Shown piece after piece: positions 10,588-20,803 of a stretch of DNA of 55,611 nucleotides. Below the pieces are notes generated by a model that did no database searches, was not told where the DNA came from, and saw only the letters and a list, made by a program, of their open reading frames with translations. The stretch's first letter is position 1. Each line of letters opens with the position of its first letter. The position numbers and the translations under genes are program-made. The DNA is from a virus (taxonomy: Duplodnaviria; Caudoviricetes), in IMG/VR virus record IMGVR_UViG_3300020042_001002, positions 1-55,611 of that record; one strand, 5' to 3'.

Positions 10588-11579
10588 TGGGTTTCTGGCA
10601 AGGGTTGAATGAGGGTCTTTCCTACGTTATGGAAGACAAGGCTCGTAAGAAAGAACTAGAGGCTGCTCGTCAGGAACGTCTTGATGAACGTACTGCTAAT
10701 CTCGCAATAGAAGAGAAGCGTTATCAGCAAGCTAAACTTGATGAAGAGGCTAAGTATAAGCGAGGAAGAACAGATGCTTGGGCAGATAATCTAACAAAGC
10801 TTCAAGTACAAAAAGAAATGGATGATCGTGCAGCAGCAACTATGAGTGCCACTGCGAGTAAGTTTATCAGCCGTCTTGGAGATGCCGACCCTGAACTATC
10901 AGCGGCCCTAACAAAAAACCCCTCTGTTGCTGCGGCTCTGGAGGAACAAGCTGCTGAGGCTGAGAAGGCTGCTAAGAAGGCTGGCCTATCCTTCCCCTAT
11001 CAAGGAGAGGTTCTTGCAGGTATGATTGATTGGAGTTCTACTGGTACCGCCACCCTTGCTCCACCACCACCTATCAACTTTTCACCCCAAACTCAAGAAG
11101 AATATATATCTTCTCTGACTACCTTGGTAACACCCACACAGCCAACTGTCAACGCAGCCCTTAGCGCAGACATCTTCTTTATCCCTGACCCTGCTAACCT
11201 TACGGAAGGTGAGGCACTTGTGGATACTAAGATTCTTGATCTGGCTAACCAGAGGCTGCTAGAATTGGGGCCTGATGCGGAAGGTTATGCAGACTTGCAG
11301 ACTTTAATTGAACAATACCCAACAGCTAATAGTGCTGGTCGTATCGAACTGGAGAAACAGTTTGGCCTTCCTGCATACCAAGCAGTTGTGAATATGGATA
11401 ACGACTACACTAGGGGTATTGATAAGAGTGCAAGATTTGCAGACTTTGCATACATTACCTTTGCACAATCCGTGATCCTCTCGCCAGACACCACTCAAGA
11501 ACAGAAAGACTTAGCAGTTAAGAAACTTCAGGAAGAGTTCGGTATTGCACCCGCAGCAGTCACTGGTGTAAGGAGATAA
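10587..11579 (+). CDS. Putative internal virion protein
   Basis: 330 aa, MGFWQG N-terminus, coiled-coil segment. Confidence 0.5.
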   Translation: MGFWQGLNEGLSYVMEDKARKKELEAARQERLDERTANLAIEEKRYQQAKLDEEAKYKRGRTDAWADNLTKLQVQKEMDDRAAATMSATASKFISRLGDADPELSAALTKNPSVAAALEEQAAEAEKAAKKAGLSFPYQGEVLAGMIDWSSTGTATLAPPPPINFSPQTQEEYISSLTTLVTPTQPTVNAALSADIFFIPDPANLTEGEALVDTKILDLANQRLLELGPDAEGYADLQTLIEQYPTANSAGRIELEKQFGLPAYQAVVNMDNDYTRGIDKSARFADFAYITFAQSVILSPDTTQEQKDLAVKKLQEEFGIAPAAVTGVRR

Positions 11580-11582
11580 TCA

Positions 11583-14500
11583 ATGGCAGATCCTATTACT
11601 GACCGCCTTAACCAGAGGGGGACAACTGCACCTGTGGTTGCTCAAACCCCTCTTATTGCACCCACAATGAAGAAAGACCCTATCACACTTCGGTTGGAGA
11701 GTTTGGGTAGTTCTACTTTGTTTACTCCTAAGGCAGTCCCCACAGAACCAGAGGTAAACCCTTTGGACTATAGTAAGCAAACCTATTCTGAATCAGACCT
11801 TGTGAAGGATGAATATTTTTACCCTATTCAGGAGTATATGATTGATCGTTATGGTACTCATATGCGTGATCAGGATAGGGATGAGACTGTCTCTCAGTAT
11901 GTAAACAACATGAGAGGTTTTGCTGGTGGTAACTCGTGGCGGTCTGTGCAAGAGATTATGTACCTTAACAACAAAAATGACAACCCTGACAGTATGGCTA
12001 AGGCTGGTCAAGCATATGAACTCTTTAACAATATGCAGGGTCTTGGTGGGGAGACTGGCTGGGGTGAGAAGGGCGCAATCTTCTGGGACTACACTCGTTC
12101 TGCTGTGGCTGATCCTGTCAACCTTCTTGGTGGTATTATTGGTAAGGTTGCTGGCGGGGCTGGTTCTAGAGTAACCTCTATGACAGCTATGTACGCTGCT
12201 AAAAGGGTCTTTGAGAAAAAATTAATTGAAACTGGTAGTAAGAAAATTGCAGCCGAACTCGCACAAAAGTCTCTGGCGGCTGATGCTTCTAGGGTAGCGG
12301 CTAAGGTAGCCGCCAAGACTGCTGAAAGACAAGCTATTGTCACTTCTTCTACGAACACTCTTCAGCGTATGACCAGTAAGGTTGCACTCAAGGAAGCTGC
12401 TATCCAAGGTGGTATTGAGTCTCTTGCCAGTATGGGTACAGACTACTTATATCAGGATGCTATGCTAAGAACCCTTGTTCAAGACGATTATAATATATAT
12501 CAGACAGGTCTTATGGGTGTTGCTGGCTTGGTGTCTGGTGGCCTATTCTCTATGGTGAGTAATGCTCGTACAGGTACATCTGAGATTGTTAGCCCTAACC
12601 CTTTCAAGACCACCACTAAGGGTGCTAATGTTATCAGCAAGCTTGTCAATCAAACAGGTAGTGTACCCCCCGGACCCCCCGGAACTGTATCCCCACCTAT
12701 GGGCAACTGGCTAAAAGATATTAGCAAGGGTGTAGAGCTAAGAGATCAGGATAACGAGTTCTTCGTCAAGATGATGCTTGGTGATAAGACTAAGGGTCTT
12801 AAGGGACTTGGTTCTATCTTGGCAGAAGATGGCTATGGTTGGGTTTCTCGTGGTGAAGATGATAAAATTTCTAACTGGATTGGGGATATTATCAAAGAGT
12901 CTGACCCCCAAGATGCCAAGAAGTTTATGGATGACTTTGTTACTGCCACTGGTATCACTATGGATGATGGTAAGGCACTTACTCTTGAGTCCTTTGCGAA
13001 CACCTTTAAGAAGAAGATGAGTGATAGCGGTATCATCCTTAATGGGGTATCCCAACTTGCTGCCCTTCTTGGTCGTGACGCTAAGACTATCACTGGGGAT
13101 GAGTTTGTAAGTTGGCAAAATTACGGTATCCTGCCAGAGTCTGCTCAACAGACAACTCGTCTTGGTACCTTCCTTAACAAACACGGCGGACAGCTTGTAA
13201 ACCGCGACATACCTAATTTCCAAGACAACGTCATTAAGTTGATGGTTTCTAACTTGGCAACGACACAACTAAACATTGCTGGCTTTTCTATGGCCACTTC
13301 TATGAACAGTGCTACAGATATTACTCGTGCCCTTATCATTGGGGGTAGGGCTGCTATAGCTTTAGTGACTAATCCTACGGGGGCTAAGGAGCTGGGTATT
13401 AGTGCGATGAGCCTTATTCAAAACCAAGTGGTTAAGTTCAAGAACCTTCTTGACATCAACATGACTTACGATGCTTTCCTAGCTTATGCCAAGGTTAGGC
13501 CGGGTTCTACGGCTAAGTTGACCCAGATGGGTTTTACAAATACTGCGATATCTAAAGAGTTTGATCCTACAAAACCCTTGTGGACCCAAGGGGGTGACAT
13601 CGTTGTAGACTTTCTTGGTACAGCCAGCCTTAACCCTGCACAAGACTCTTACACAAAAGGTTTTGAGTTTATGTCTCAGATTAATAAGGAGATAAGCAGA
13701 CCTGTCAAAGAGGGTGGCTTTGGTATGTCCTACAATAACTTTATGAAACAGCCTAACCATCACGAGCTTATGCTCACAGAAGAGTATATGCACGTTGAAG
13801 CTAGGGCTATTGATGAAACTCTCAGGGCCACCTTCTCAAAGAGCTACAACAACCCCGCCACCTCTTTGGGTAAATTAGCAGGGTTCATTGAAGATGCACG
13901 AAACATTCCGGGTATTGGTCTACTCGTACCCTTTGGTAAGTTTTTCAACAACCAAATAGCTATGGCATCTAATATGACTGCGGTTGGTCCTATCCTCAGT
14001 AAAATTCTTGGTGGTCAAAAGGGAAAGACTTCAGACGAACTAGCGGCTAGGGGCCTTGTGGCTTTTGGTATGTTTTGGGCGGTGTCAGATATTGAGATGG
14101 CGAACATAGACAAGGGTCTTGGTGTGTTCGAAGAGATTGATCCTTCTTCTGGTGAAGTTCTGGACCAACAATATGCGTTCCCTTATGGGGCAATCAAAGC
14201 TATTGGTCGTGTAATAGCACTTATCCGTAGGGGTGATGAAGTTCCATATGACCTTAAGAAACAGATTACTAACACCTATCTGGGGCAGCTCACCCGTGGT
14301 TTAAGTTCCTCTGGTCAGGGGGTTGGAGCCATTGCAGAAGCATTTATGGGTGGTGACGGACTAGAGGTTGTACAAGTTCTTTCTGACTCTCTTGGTTCTA
14401 TTCCTTCTCAGGTTGTCTCTGCGGCTACTCGTCCCTTAGAACCACTTAATGCTTTGGCTGGACTTGCTCGTAAAGAAGGGTACTATACCCCAGATCGTAA

Positions 14501-15098
14501 GCAAGGCTTCAAGCTTATCAACCAATCCACTCGTTACATTGATCAAGTTGTGGCACTTGCAACTGGTAGAAGTCCGGGGCCACAGGCTTACAACACCTCT
14601 GAGGGTAAAGTAATACCTCAACCTACTCGTTTGATTTCTCCTAACAGGACTACGGTATTGACCAGTACAGAGCAAGTACTTAATGCTGTTGGTAGACAGG
14701 GTTGGCCCAAGGATATGCGGTCGGATTCTCCTGAGGCTAACAATAGATATAACCAAATCTTCCGTGAGATCATTGAGTCTGGTTCAAGAAAACTCTGGGA
14801 TAGCCCCCAGTTTAAGTCAAGAAACCTCGAATACAAACAAGGTAAAGTGGACAAGCTATATGCGGATGCAAAGAAGGCTACCCTAAGCTATATGAAGAGG
14901 GTCGGTTCAAACTCTGGGGATAGTACCTTAGTTAAGATGATTGAAGTGTCCCTTTCGACCTCTGATCTAGAAATCAAAAGAGTTTTAAAGGACTTGGGAT
15001 ACACTAAGTCTATCGAAGACATGAACTTTGAAGAGCTTACTACCCTTGAGAATGCCATCAAGGTACGTGAGGATTGGATTAATAGGATTGGACAATAA
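11583..15098 (+). CDS. Large internal virion (ejection) protein
   Basis: 1171 aa, last large gene of the virion module, DPVNLLGG motif. Confidence 0.6.
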   Translation: MADPITDRLNQRGTTAPVVAQTPLIAPTMKKDPITLRLESLGSSTLFTPKAVPTEPEVNPLDYSKQTYSESDLVKDEYFYPIQEYMIDRYGTHMRDQDRDETVSQYVNNMRGFAGGNSWRSVQEIMYLNNKNDNPDSMAKAGQAYELFNNMQGLGGETGWGEKGAIFWDYTRSAVADPVNLLGGIIGKVAGGAGSRVTSMTAMYAAKRVFEKKLIETGSKKIAAELAQKSLAADASRVAAKVAAKTAERQAIVTSSTNTLQRMTSKVALKEAAIQGGIESLASMGTDYLYQDAMLRTLVQDDYNIYQTGLMGVAGLVSGGLFSMVSNARTGTSEIVSPNPFKTTTKGANVISKLVNQTGSVPPGPPGTVSPPMGNWLKDISKGVELRDQDNEFFVKMMLGDKTKGLKGLGSILAEDGYGWVSRGEDDKISNWIGDIIKESDPQDAKKFMDDFVTATGITMDDGKALTLESFANTFKKKMSDSGIILNGVSQLAALLGRDAKTITGDEFVSWQNYGILPESAQQTTRLGTFLNKHGGQLVNRDIPNFQDNVIKLMVSNLATTQLNIAGFSMATSMNSATDITRALIIGGRAAIALVTNPTGAKELGISAMSLIQNQVVKFKNLLDINMTYDAFLAYAKVRPGSTAKLTQMGFTNTAISKEFDPTKPLWTQGGDIVVDFLGTASLNPAQDSYTKGFEFMSQINKEISRPVKEGGFGMSYNNFMKQPNHHELMLTEEYMHVEARAIDETLRATFSKSYNNPATSLGKLAGFIEDARNIPGIGLLVPFGKFFNNQIAMASNMTAVGPILSKILGGQKGKTSDELAARGLVAFGMFWAVSDIEMANIDKGLGVFEEIDPSSGEVLDQQYAFPYGAIKAIGRVIALIRRGDEVPYDLKKQITNTYLGQLTRGLSSSGQGVGAIAEAFMGGDGLEVVQVLSDSLGSIPSQVVSAATRPLEPLNALAGLARKEGYYTPDRKQGFKLINQSTRYIDQVVALATGRSPGPQAYNTSEGKVIPQPTRLISPNRTTVLTSTEQVLNAVGRQGWPKDMRSDSPEANNRYNQIFREIIESGSRKLWDSPQFKSRNLEYKQGKVDKLYADAKKATLSYMKRVGSNSGDSTLVKMIEVSLSTSDLEIKRVLKDLGYTKSIEDMNFEELTTLENAIKVREDWINRIGQ

Positions 15099-15099
15099 C

Positions 15100-15282
15100 A
15101 TGGCTAAACAAACTAAGAAGCAGTCTGCTAAGGTCGCTAAGGTATTGGGTGAGTTCAAGGCAGGTAAACTACATGGTGGTATTGATCCCAAGGGGCCTAA
15201 GAAAGCCATGCTGGTTAAGAACCCCAAGCAAGCAATCGCTATCGCACTGGTACAAGCCGCTGCAATGAAGAAGAAGAAGTAA
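15100..15282 (+). CDS. Small Lys-rich protein (DUF6496-like, recalled)
   Basis: KVAKVLGEFKAGKLH...KNPKQAIAIAL motif. Confidence 0.6.
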   Translation: MAKQTKKQSAKVAKVLGEFKAGKLHGGIDPKGPKKAMLVKNPKQAIAIALVQAAAMKKKK

Positions 15283-15283
15283 C

Positions 15284-15463
15284 ATGGCACCTACAAAATC
15301 CCGTGTGAACGAATCAGGGAACTACACCAAACCCACCATGCGTAAGCAGTTGTTCAATTCAATTAAGGCTGGGACTAGTGGTGGTGGTTCTGGTCAGTGG
15401 AGTGCCCGTAAGGCGCAGATGTTAGCTAAACAGTATAAGGCAAAAGGGGGTGGATACAAATGA
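15284..15463 (+). CDS. Small basic protein, N-terminal half of a DUF5872-like family
   Basis: Translated by hand: NYTKPTMRKQLFNSIKAG..GQWSARKAQMLAKQYKAKGGGY. Confidence 0.65.
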   Translation: MAPTKSRVNESGNYTKPTMRKQLFNSIKAGTSGGGSGQWSARKAQMLAKQYKAKGGGYK

Positions 15464-15606
15464 GTAAGAATGCAACACACTATCTTCCTAATGGTAAGGT
15501 CTACACTGGGCCTACACATAAGTCTGGTACAGTTCTGATGACAGGTAAGACCCACACGGCTAAGAGCCAGAACCTGTCACACACACCACCAAAGACTAAG
15601 AAATGA
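15460..15606 (+). CDS. Small basic His-rich protein (48 aa)
   Basis: ATGA overlaps on both sides; HYLPNGKVYTGPTHK. Confidence 0.6.
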   Translation: MSKNATHYLPNGKVYTGPTHKSGTVLMTGKTHTAKSQNLSHTPPKTKK

Positions 15607-15848
15607 AGAAGCCACAGAAGAGCCTCGCTGATTGGACCAAGCAGGACTGGAGGACTAAGAGTGGTAAGAACTCTACTCAAGGTTCAAAGGCTACAGGTGA
15701 GAGATACCTCCCCAAGAAAGCCATAGAGTCCCTTACCTCTGCTGAGTATGCCGCCACCACAAAGGCTAAGAGAGAGGGTACTAAGGCAGGGAAGCAGTTC
15801 GTTAAGCAACCTAAACGTATCGCAGCTAAGACAGCTACAAAAAGATAG
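15603..15848 (+). CDS. Small basic protein, C-terminal half of a DUF5872-like family
   Basis: QKSLADWTKQDWRTKSG..GERYLPKKA. Confidence 0.65.
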   Translation: MKKPQKSLADWTKQDWRTKSGKNSTQGSKATGERYLPKKAIESLTSAEYAATTKAKREGTKAGKQFVKQPKRIAAKTATKR

Positions 15849-15865
15849 GGGGCCAGAGGCCCCCT
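15847..15865. terminator. Probable bidirectional terminator between the converging arms
   Basis: AGGGGGCC-AGA-GGCCCCCT hairpin between the + and - stop codons. Confidence 0.7.
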
Positions 15866-15870
15866 TAAGT

Positions 15871-16197
15871 CTAGTCTTCAAGCATATAGTCGGCCCATTC
15901 TTCGGCTTCTCTCTTGATCTCTTCCTTCCTGACTGGACCCTGTGACCTAGACAGTAAGGCATTCATTGCCATCCCCAAGAGGTAGATGCGGGATGTCATA
16001 GGCTTGGGTGGCCCATTGTATCGCTTCTTAGCCTTGAACTGCTTGGCCTCCTCTGCAAACTTGGTCAGGGGTAATACGTTCGAGGTTGCGGAAGAAAGCT
16101 TTGTTGAATCCAAACTCCCAGTCTCTGTACTTAGGGGTGTTGGGGTTGTAGGGGTTGGTTGTTTGTCCTTTTCCAAAGTCTTGGTATCCTTGTTCAA
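15871..16197 (-). CDS. Hypothetical protein (start uncertain)
   Basis: ORF at the end of the - arm; C-terminal EEIKREAEEWADYMLE. Confidence 0.5.
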   Translation of the reverse strand: MNKDTKTLEKDKQPTPTTPTPLSTETGSLDSTKLSSATSNVLPLTKFAEEAKQFKAKKRYNGPPKPMTSRIYLLGMAMNALLSRSQGPVRKEEIKREAEEWADYMLED

Positions 16198-16208
16198 ATG
16201 CGTTCATT

Positions 16209-16430
16209 CTAGAAGCTCTCCATGAGTGTGATTAGGCGGTTGTGATACCACTGAGCTTTCTTCAAGTCCTGTATCCCACCCTTGTATCTCCAGCGATGGT
16301 TGTACTTGGCGATGTTACCACGAAGATACCCAATGTATTCCTCGTCTGTTAGGTGATCCTGAATATAATCAATACATTCTATATTACCCTGACCCGCATA
16401 GTGTTGTGGGCTGTTGACTGCTTCACTCAT
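16209..16430 (-). CDS. DUF3310 / SaV-like protein
   Basis: VNSPQHY..IECIDYI..GNIAKYNHRWRYKGGIQDLKKAQWY signature. Confidence 0.85.
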   Translation of the reverse strand: MSEAVNSPQHYAGQGNIECIDYIQDHLTDEEYIGYLRGNIAKYNHRWRYKGGIQDLKKAQWYHNRLITLMESF

Positions 16431-17128
16431 AGTCCGTCTCCTTCAAAGGCTATGATCCACTGCTTACAGATGTCACTACGTACAATGTCATCCACTCCGA
16501 ACTCAATGATGGGTATGGGCAGGTTGTGCTTCTTTGCTAGATGAATGATCTTAGATAGACCAGACTGCATAGAAATATCTGACTGCTTGATATCACCATT
16601 GATGACAACTTTACACTCTTTCCCGATACGTGTCAAGAACATCTTGATCTCAGCTACTGTGGTGTTCTGTGCCTCATCTAGGATGATGAAGGAATCTTTG
16701 AATGAACGACCACGCATAGTAGACAGGGGGGCCATCTCAATGTTTCCATTCTTGATGCCTGTCTCCACCACACCCTTACCTAGTTGCTCATTGAGAACAT
16801 CAAGTACGGGTGCAGCCCAAGGTGCGAACTTCTCCTCCAGTGTTCCGGGAAAGAAGCCTAACTCTTTTCCCACAGCGATGTTAGGTCGGGTGAGAACAAT
16901 CTTACCAATCTCTTTATTAGCAAGCATATTGGCTGCAAAGGTAGCCGCAATGTAGGTCTTACCTGTACCAGAGAAGCCACATACAATGACCTGATCGTAG
17001 GCAGTGAGAGCTTTGATATACTCCTTCTGTCTGTCGTTCAGGGCCTTCAGGAGGACAGTTTTTGATGCTGCCTCTCCCTCTGCATTCTTGTATCTAGTTG
17101 CCCGCTTAGACTTTGGGGATTCAATCAT
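16427..17128 (-). CDS. phoH: PhoH-family ATPase
   Basis: GFSGTGKT, LGFFPG, MRGRS, LDEAQN and GDIKQSD motifs. Confidence 0.92.
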   Translation of the reverse strand: MIESPKSKRATRYKNAEGEAASKTVLLKALNDRQKEYIKALTAYDQVIVCGFSGTGKTYIAATFAANMLANKEIGKIVLTRPNIAVGKELGFFPGTLEEKFAPWAAPVLDVLNEQLGKGVVETGIKNGNIEMAPLSTMRGRSFKDSFIILDEAQNTTVAEIKMFLTRIGKECKVVINGDIKQSDISMQSGLSKIIHLAKKHNLPIPIIEFGVDDIVRSDICKQWIIAFEGDGL

Positions 17129-17144
17129 TACTTCTTTTCCATGT

Positions 17145-19049
17145 TTATACTAGATCAACGATCTCACAACTTCCACCAGCACAGGCAAACGTGCTTGTAC
17201 CCTTAGAAGTGTCCTCAGTCTCGTACTCACTCAGCTTAGACCAATCAATACGCTCAGGCATCAGAGAAAGTGCCTCAAGGTATTCACGTTCAGAACACTC
17301 TTGGTAGGGTGCTTGCTGATACGTATGATCAGAGTGTGGCAGGAAGGATACACCAGAGACTTCATCGAAGTTCTTGTAGACCCAAGCGCCAACCTCCATC
17401 CACTCATCGTCCTTGACTGTAATAGTAACAGAAGGTTTGTGTTCACACCAGTGCCTTTGATAGGTCATCCACAGTTTAAGTTGTTCAATGGCAGACATAT
17501 CATTGCGAGTGACAGCACCCAAAGGAGACTTCTGTGGAAAGGAGAACACAGTAGTAGTGTCAGGCTTCATCACATCAGGCTCACTTGGGACACCCTGATC
17601 TCGCATGAACTGAGTCAGTGGGTCTTTGTTGTCACCACGTACAGTACGAATGTAGTAGTTTGAGTGACGAGCATGAATACCACTAGCAGAATCGACAAGC
17701 TGGGAGACAGTGCCAGAAGGTTTGACACAAGTGATAGCAGTAGAAGCAGGGATACCAAGGCGTTCAGCCCACTCAGCATTAGTTTTAATAGCGACATTCT
17801 TCAGCTCCTCTAATATGTTAGGTAAGTCCCACTCATCATAAGTATCTGACATCATCTCATTGTCCATGATACCAGTAAGTGACACACCAAGTAGGCGTTC
17901 TTCTTCTGTGTTCTTCTGCCACACTTTACGCAGATAGGGGAAGTTAGTGAAGGTAGATTGGATAGTACCAAGGATGGTGGCTAGTCTTACCTTTTCTTCC
18001 AAGTCCTTAAATGTATCCGTTGCTCTGACCACGACCTCTGTGAGGTTACAGAATTGTTGTGGGCGAAGGATGATCTCACTGCACGGGTTAGTGCCAAAGT
18101 CATGGTTAGCATCCCGTCTCCCATTTTTAGCTGCTTGCTTCTTAGAGGCAGGGCGAGAGAAGATACCACGTTCCCCACTCTTACTCTCAACCAATGACAA
18201 CCATTCACGCATGAAGGTTTCCATGTCAGGCTTCTCAGTGTAGGCCACAGAGTTGTTAGCCAAAGCACGTTGAGCATTCTTCTCCCACCACTGACCAGAC
18301 TTAGCGTGACGCATACGATCATCACTCAGGTTGGACAGAGAGATCATAGCAGAGCGGCGTACACCACCAACCACAACCACTTCACCGATCTTACACATCA
18401 GGTCATGGCACTCCATAGAGGATAGCTTACGACCTGCTGCACCCTTGAAGGTGTTGATAGTAAAACTAAACAGTTCAACCAGAGGTGCAGGACCAGAGGC
18501 TCGACCACCAAAAGTCTTTAGCTTTGCACCCGCAGGACGTACCCTAGAGACATCCCACTTAGGAATCTCCCCTGCATACAGCATAGCGATGACCTTACGT
18601 AGTGCCTTAGCCCAGCCTTCCTTGCTGTCGTGTACTACGATCCAATCATCAGACGGGAAGAGCTTCTCAGGTACATCAGGCAACTTAGCTACGTACTGTC
18701 GTTCAACAGAGAAGCCAACACCAGTGCCACACAGTAGTATAAACATGGCCTCATCGAAGGACTTGGGATCATCCACTGCCATGTAGGCACAGTTGTATCC
18801 AGAGGTATTGTCACGCTCCATAGCAGGGCCAGCGGTCATCAACGCTCTCATTGAGGGCATGATGTCGAGGCTAAGGATAGCATTTTCAATAGCAGGGTAC
18901 ACATCCAAGATAACTCTTGTAACTACGTTCTCCATGTAGCGTCCAACAGTCTCGCCCCAAGTCTCCCGACGATTATATTCATCAAGCCAACGTGCATATC
19001 GTGAGGTGTGAATGAAGGCTTGGTAGTCAGTGGGTAGATAATTATTCAT
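17145..19049 (-). CDS. nrdJ: Class II (adenosylcobalamin-dependent) ribonucleotide reductase
   Basis: PSMRALM, YNC, VVVGGVRRSA, TNPCSE, CVKPSGT and C-terminal CAGGSC. Confidence 0.92.
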   Translation of the reverse strand: MNNYLPTDYQAFIHTSRYARWLDEYNRRETWGETVGRYMENVVTRVILDVYPAIENAILSLDIMPSMRALMTAGPAMERDNTSGYNCAYMAVDDPKSFDEAMFILLCGTGVGFSVERQYVAKLPDVPEKLFPSDDWIVVHDSKEGWAKALRKVIAMLYAGEIPKWDVSRVRPAGAKLKTFGGRASGPAPLVELFSFTINTFKGAAGRKLSSMECHDLMCKIGEVVVVGGVRRSAMISLSNLSDDRMRHAKSGQWWEKNAQRALANNSVAYTEKPDMETFMREWLSLVESKSGERGIFSRPASKKQAAKNGRRDANHDFGTNPCSEIILRPQQFCNLTEVVVRATDTFKDLEEKVRLATILGTIQSTFTNFPYLRKVWQKNTEEERLLGVSLTGIMDNEMMSDTYDEWDLPNILEELKNVAIKTNAEWAERLGIPASTAITCVKPSGTVSQLVDSASGIHARHSNYYIRTVRGDNKDPLTQFMRDQGVPSEPDVMKPDTTTVFSFPQKSPLGAVTRNDMSAIEQLKLWMTYQRHWCEHKPSVTITVKDDEWMEVGAWVYKNFDEVSGVSFLPHSDHTYQQAPYQECSEREYLEALSLMPERIDWSKLSEYETEDTSKGTSTFACAGGSCEIVDLV

Positions 19050-19051
19050 GG

Positions 19052-19216
19052 TTACTCCGTAAGAATATTAAGTTTGTGTAGTTGGTCTATTAGCATATTC
19101 GTCTCTAAGTCTTTGTGGGTACGGAAGGGATCGCCAATGGACCATGCAGATAGTACCACTGGCTTCTCCTTATCCCTGACCTTCTCTAACTTGTCGATCA
19201 GTTCTTGTACGTTCAA
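19052..19216 (-). CDS. Hypothetical protein (54 aa, TTG start)
   Basis: GAGG RBS; fills the gap between MazG-like gene and nrdJ; translated by hand. Confidence 0.45.
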   Translation of the reverse strand: MNVQELIDKLEKVRDKEKPVVLSAWSIGDPFRTHKDLETNMLIDQLHKLNILTE

Positions 19217-19584
19217 GAGATTAAATCCTCTAGTTGTACCTTGGGGTAGTCGGGGTTCTTGATGATCTTGCCATCTTCTCGACGTTGTACAGTACCATCA
19301 GGTTGAATACAACGACCGATATTGTTCTGATGTACTCGAACCAGTGCTTCATCCAGATCAAGTCCTTGCGCTATAGCATAACCATAGATAACGTACACCA
19401 GATCAGCGAGTTCCTTTAAGTCTCCAAAAGTATTAGGGAGTTCATTTTGCCACTCAAAGAACTCTTCCTCAATAAGAGTTTCATACAGAATAGGATCAGG
19501 TGTCTGACCTGTGACACTCAGGAACTCCCTCACCATGTCACTGGGTGATCGTTTATTCGCTTCTGTTATTTCCCACTTAGCCAT
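19213..19584 (-). CDS. MazG-like / NTP pyrophosphohydrolase
   Basis: LIEEEFFE, LKELADLVYVIYG, VHQNN, RREDGKIIK. Confidence 0.8.
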   Translation of the reverse strand: MAKWEITEANKRSPSDMVREFLSVTGQTPDPILYETLIEEEFFEWQNELPNTFGDLKELADLVYVIYGYAIAQGLDLDEALVRVHQNNIGRCIQPDGTVQRREDGKIIKNPDYPKVQLEDLIS

Positions 19585-19585
19585 G

Positions 19586-19741
19586 TTACGTCTCCAGTAC
19601 TTCTAGGTTGATAAGTTTTAGATCGTCAAGGTCACAGATGGCAGACTCTACTAGCTCATAGACGTTAGTCAGTTCGTCATCTGTGCCAGCATAGTCTGCA
19701 TCTGGGTCTACTTCAACAAGAATAGTAATCTCGTACTTCAT
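19586..19741 (-). CDS. Small acidic hypothetical protein (51 aa)
   Basis: ATGA overlap with upstream gene; translated by hand. Confidence 0.55.
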   Translation of the reverse strand: MKYEITILVEVDPDADYAGTDDELTNVYELVESAICDLDDLKLINLEVLET

Positions 19742-20526
19742 GAAGCGTAGCTCTTCATAATCTGTGCAAGAGAAACAAACTCTGGTTCATACATACCATT
19801 CTCTAGTTCACGCTTGATCACCACACCATGCCACCAGCCCTTGTTAGCCTGACCAGCCCAGTGTTCTTCCCCGCCCTTGTAGCAGCCCACTACGAGGCCA
19901 ATGTTGCCATAGGGTAGGGCACCTTCCTTGAACGAGATGTCACGCTTGTGGGAGTGTCCACAGGTAGCAGAACAGCTAAGGTTTTGGATCACAGTATGAG
20001 CATGATGGATGCCACCAGTAGCAGTAGGGCTATTACCAGAAGTAAAGTAGTGAGCATAGGCCACGCCATCATAAGTCGCAATAGAGGGGCCTGAGTTCTC
20101 GTAAGGGTGATAGTCACTGAACCAATCATCTGTTTGAAGATGGCTAAAGGATACCCCGTACTTTTCTCCCTCAGTTCTGGGGTTAAGAGCGATGTATTTT
20201 TTAATGCGATTCTCGTGGTTCCCTTCAAAGCCAACCCAGTATGGACGCTTCTTCTTCTGTAGTCGGAAAGGTCTACGGAGAGCTTCTTGAGCTTTGTTGT
20301 AAGATTCGATGTCACGCTCATAGCTTTGTGCAGCAAGTGCCTTAGGGTATCTCTCATCATAACTATTCAATGACCTCATGTCTGCGCCATCCCCAAGATC
20401 AAACACCATGTCTGGCTTGAGGTCATAGAGGAATTGTCCCAGTGCATCAAAGCGGATATTGCTTGTCTCAGGGTCAGCGTGGGCACAAGAGAAGACTACT
20501 ACTGTTTTCTTATTTGACAAATTCAT
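19738..20526 (-). CDS. Calcineurin-like metallophosphoesterase
   Basis: CAH, LGDGAD, GNHE, AH and GHSH motifs. Confidence 0.85.
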   Translation of the reverse strand: MNLSNKKTVVVFSCAHADPETSNIRFDALGQFLYDLKPDMVFDLGDGADMRSLNSYDERYPKALAAQSYERDIESYNKAQEALRRPFRLQKKKRPYWVGFEGNHENRIKKYIALNPRTEGEKYGVSFSHLQTDDWFSDYHPYENSGPSIATYDGVAYAHYFTSGNSPTATGGIHHAHTVIQNLSCSATCGHSHKRDISFKEGALPYGNIGLVVGCYKGGEEHWAGQANKGWWHGVVIKRELENGMYEPEFVSLAQIMKSYAS

Positions 20527-20803
20527 ACTCCTTGATGTTCAGGTTGATAGGTTCGATGCTGCTATTGAAGTGCTTCACGATAGCATAGGCATCATCCATA
20601 TGGTCGAACCAGAACTCTGCATCAAAGACATGGTTATTATCAGCAACCTTAAGTACCATGTAAACAGAAGTATCCGTAGCAGTGTCTGGGATTTCATCCT
20701 CTGGCATATCGTCAACACTGATAGGTCCATGTAGGATACACCAGATTTGGAATAGGGGTTCTGACTTTGGTTTTGGTAGCCAGCTCTTCAGCCACTTAAA
20801 CAT
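20510..20803 (-). CDS. Hypothetical protein
   Basis: ORF overlapping both neighbours in the operon. Confidence 0.55.
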   Translation of the reverse strand: MFKWLKSWLPKPKSEPLFQIWCILHGPISVDDMPEDEIPDTATDTSVYMVLKVADNNHVFDAEFWFDHMDDAYAIVKHFNSSIEPINLNIKEYEFVK

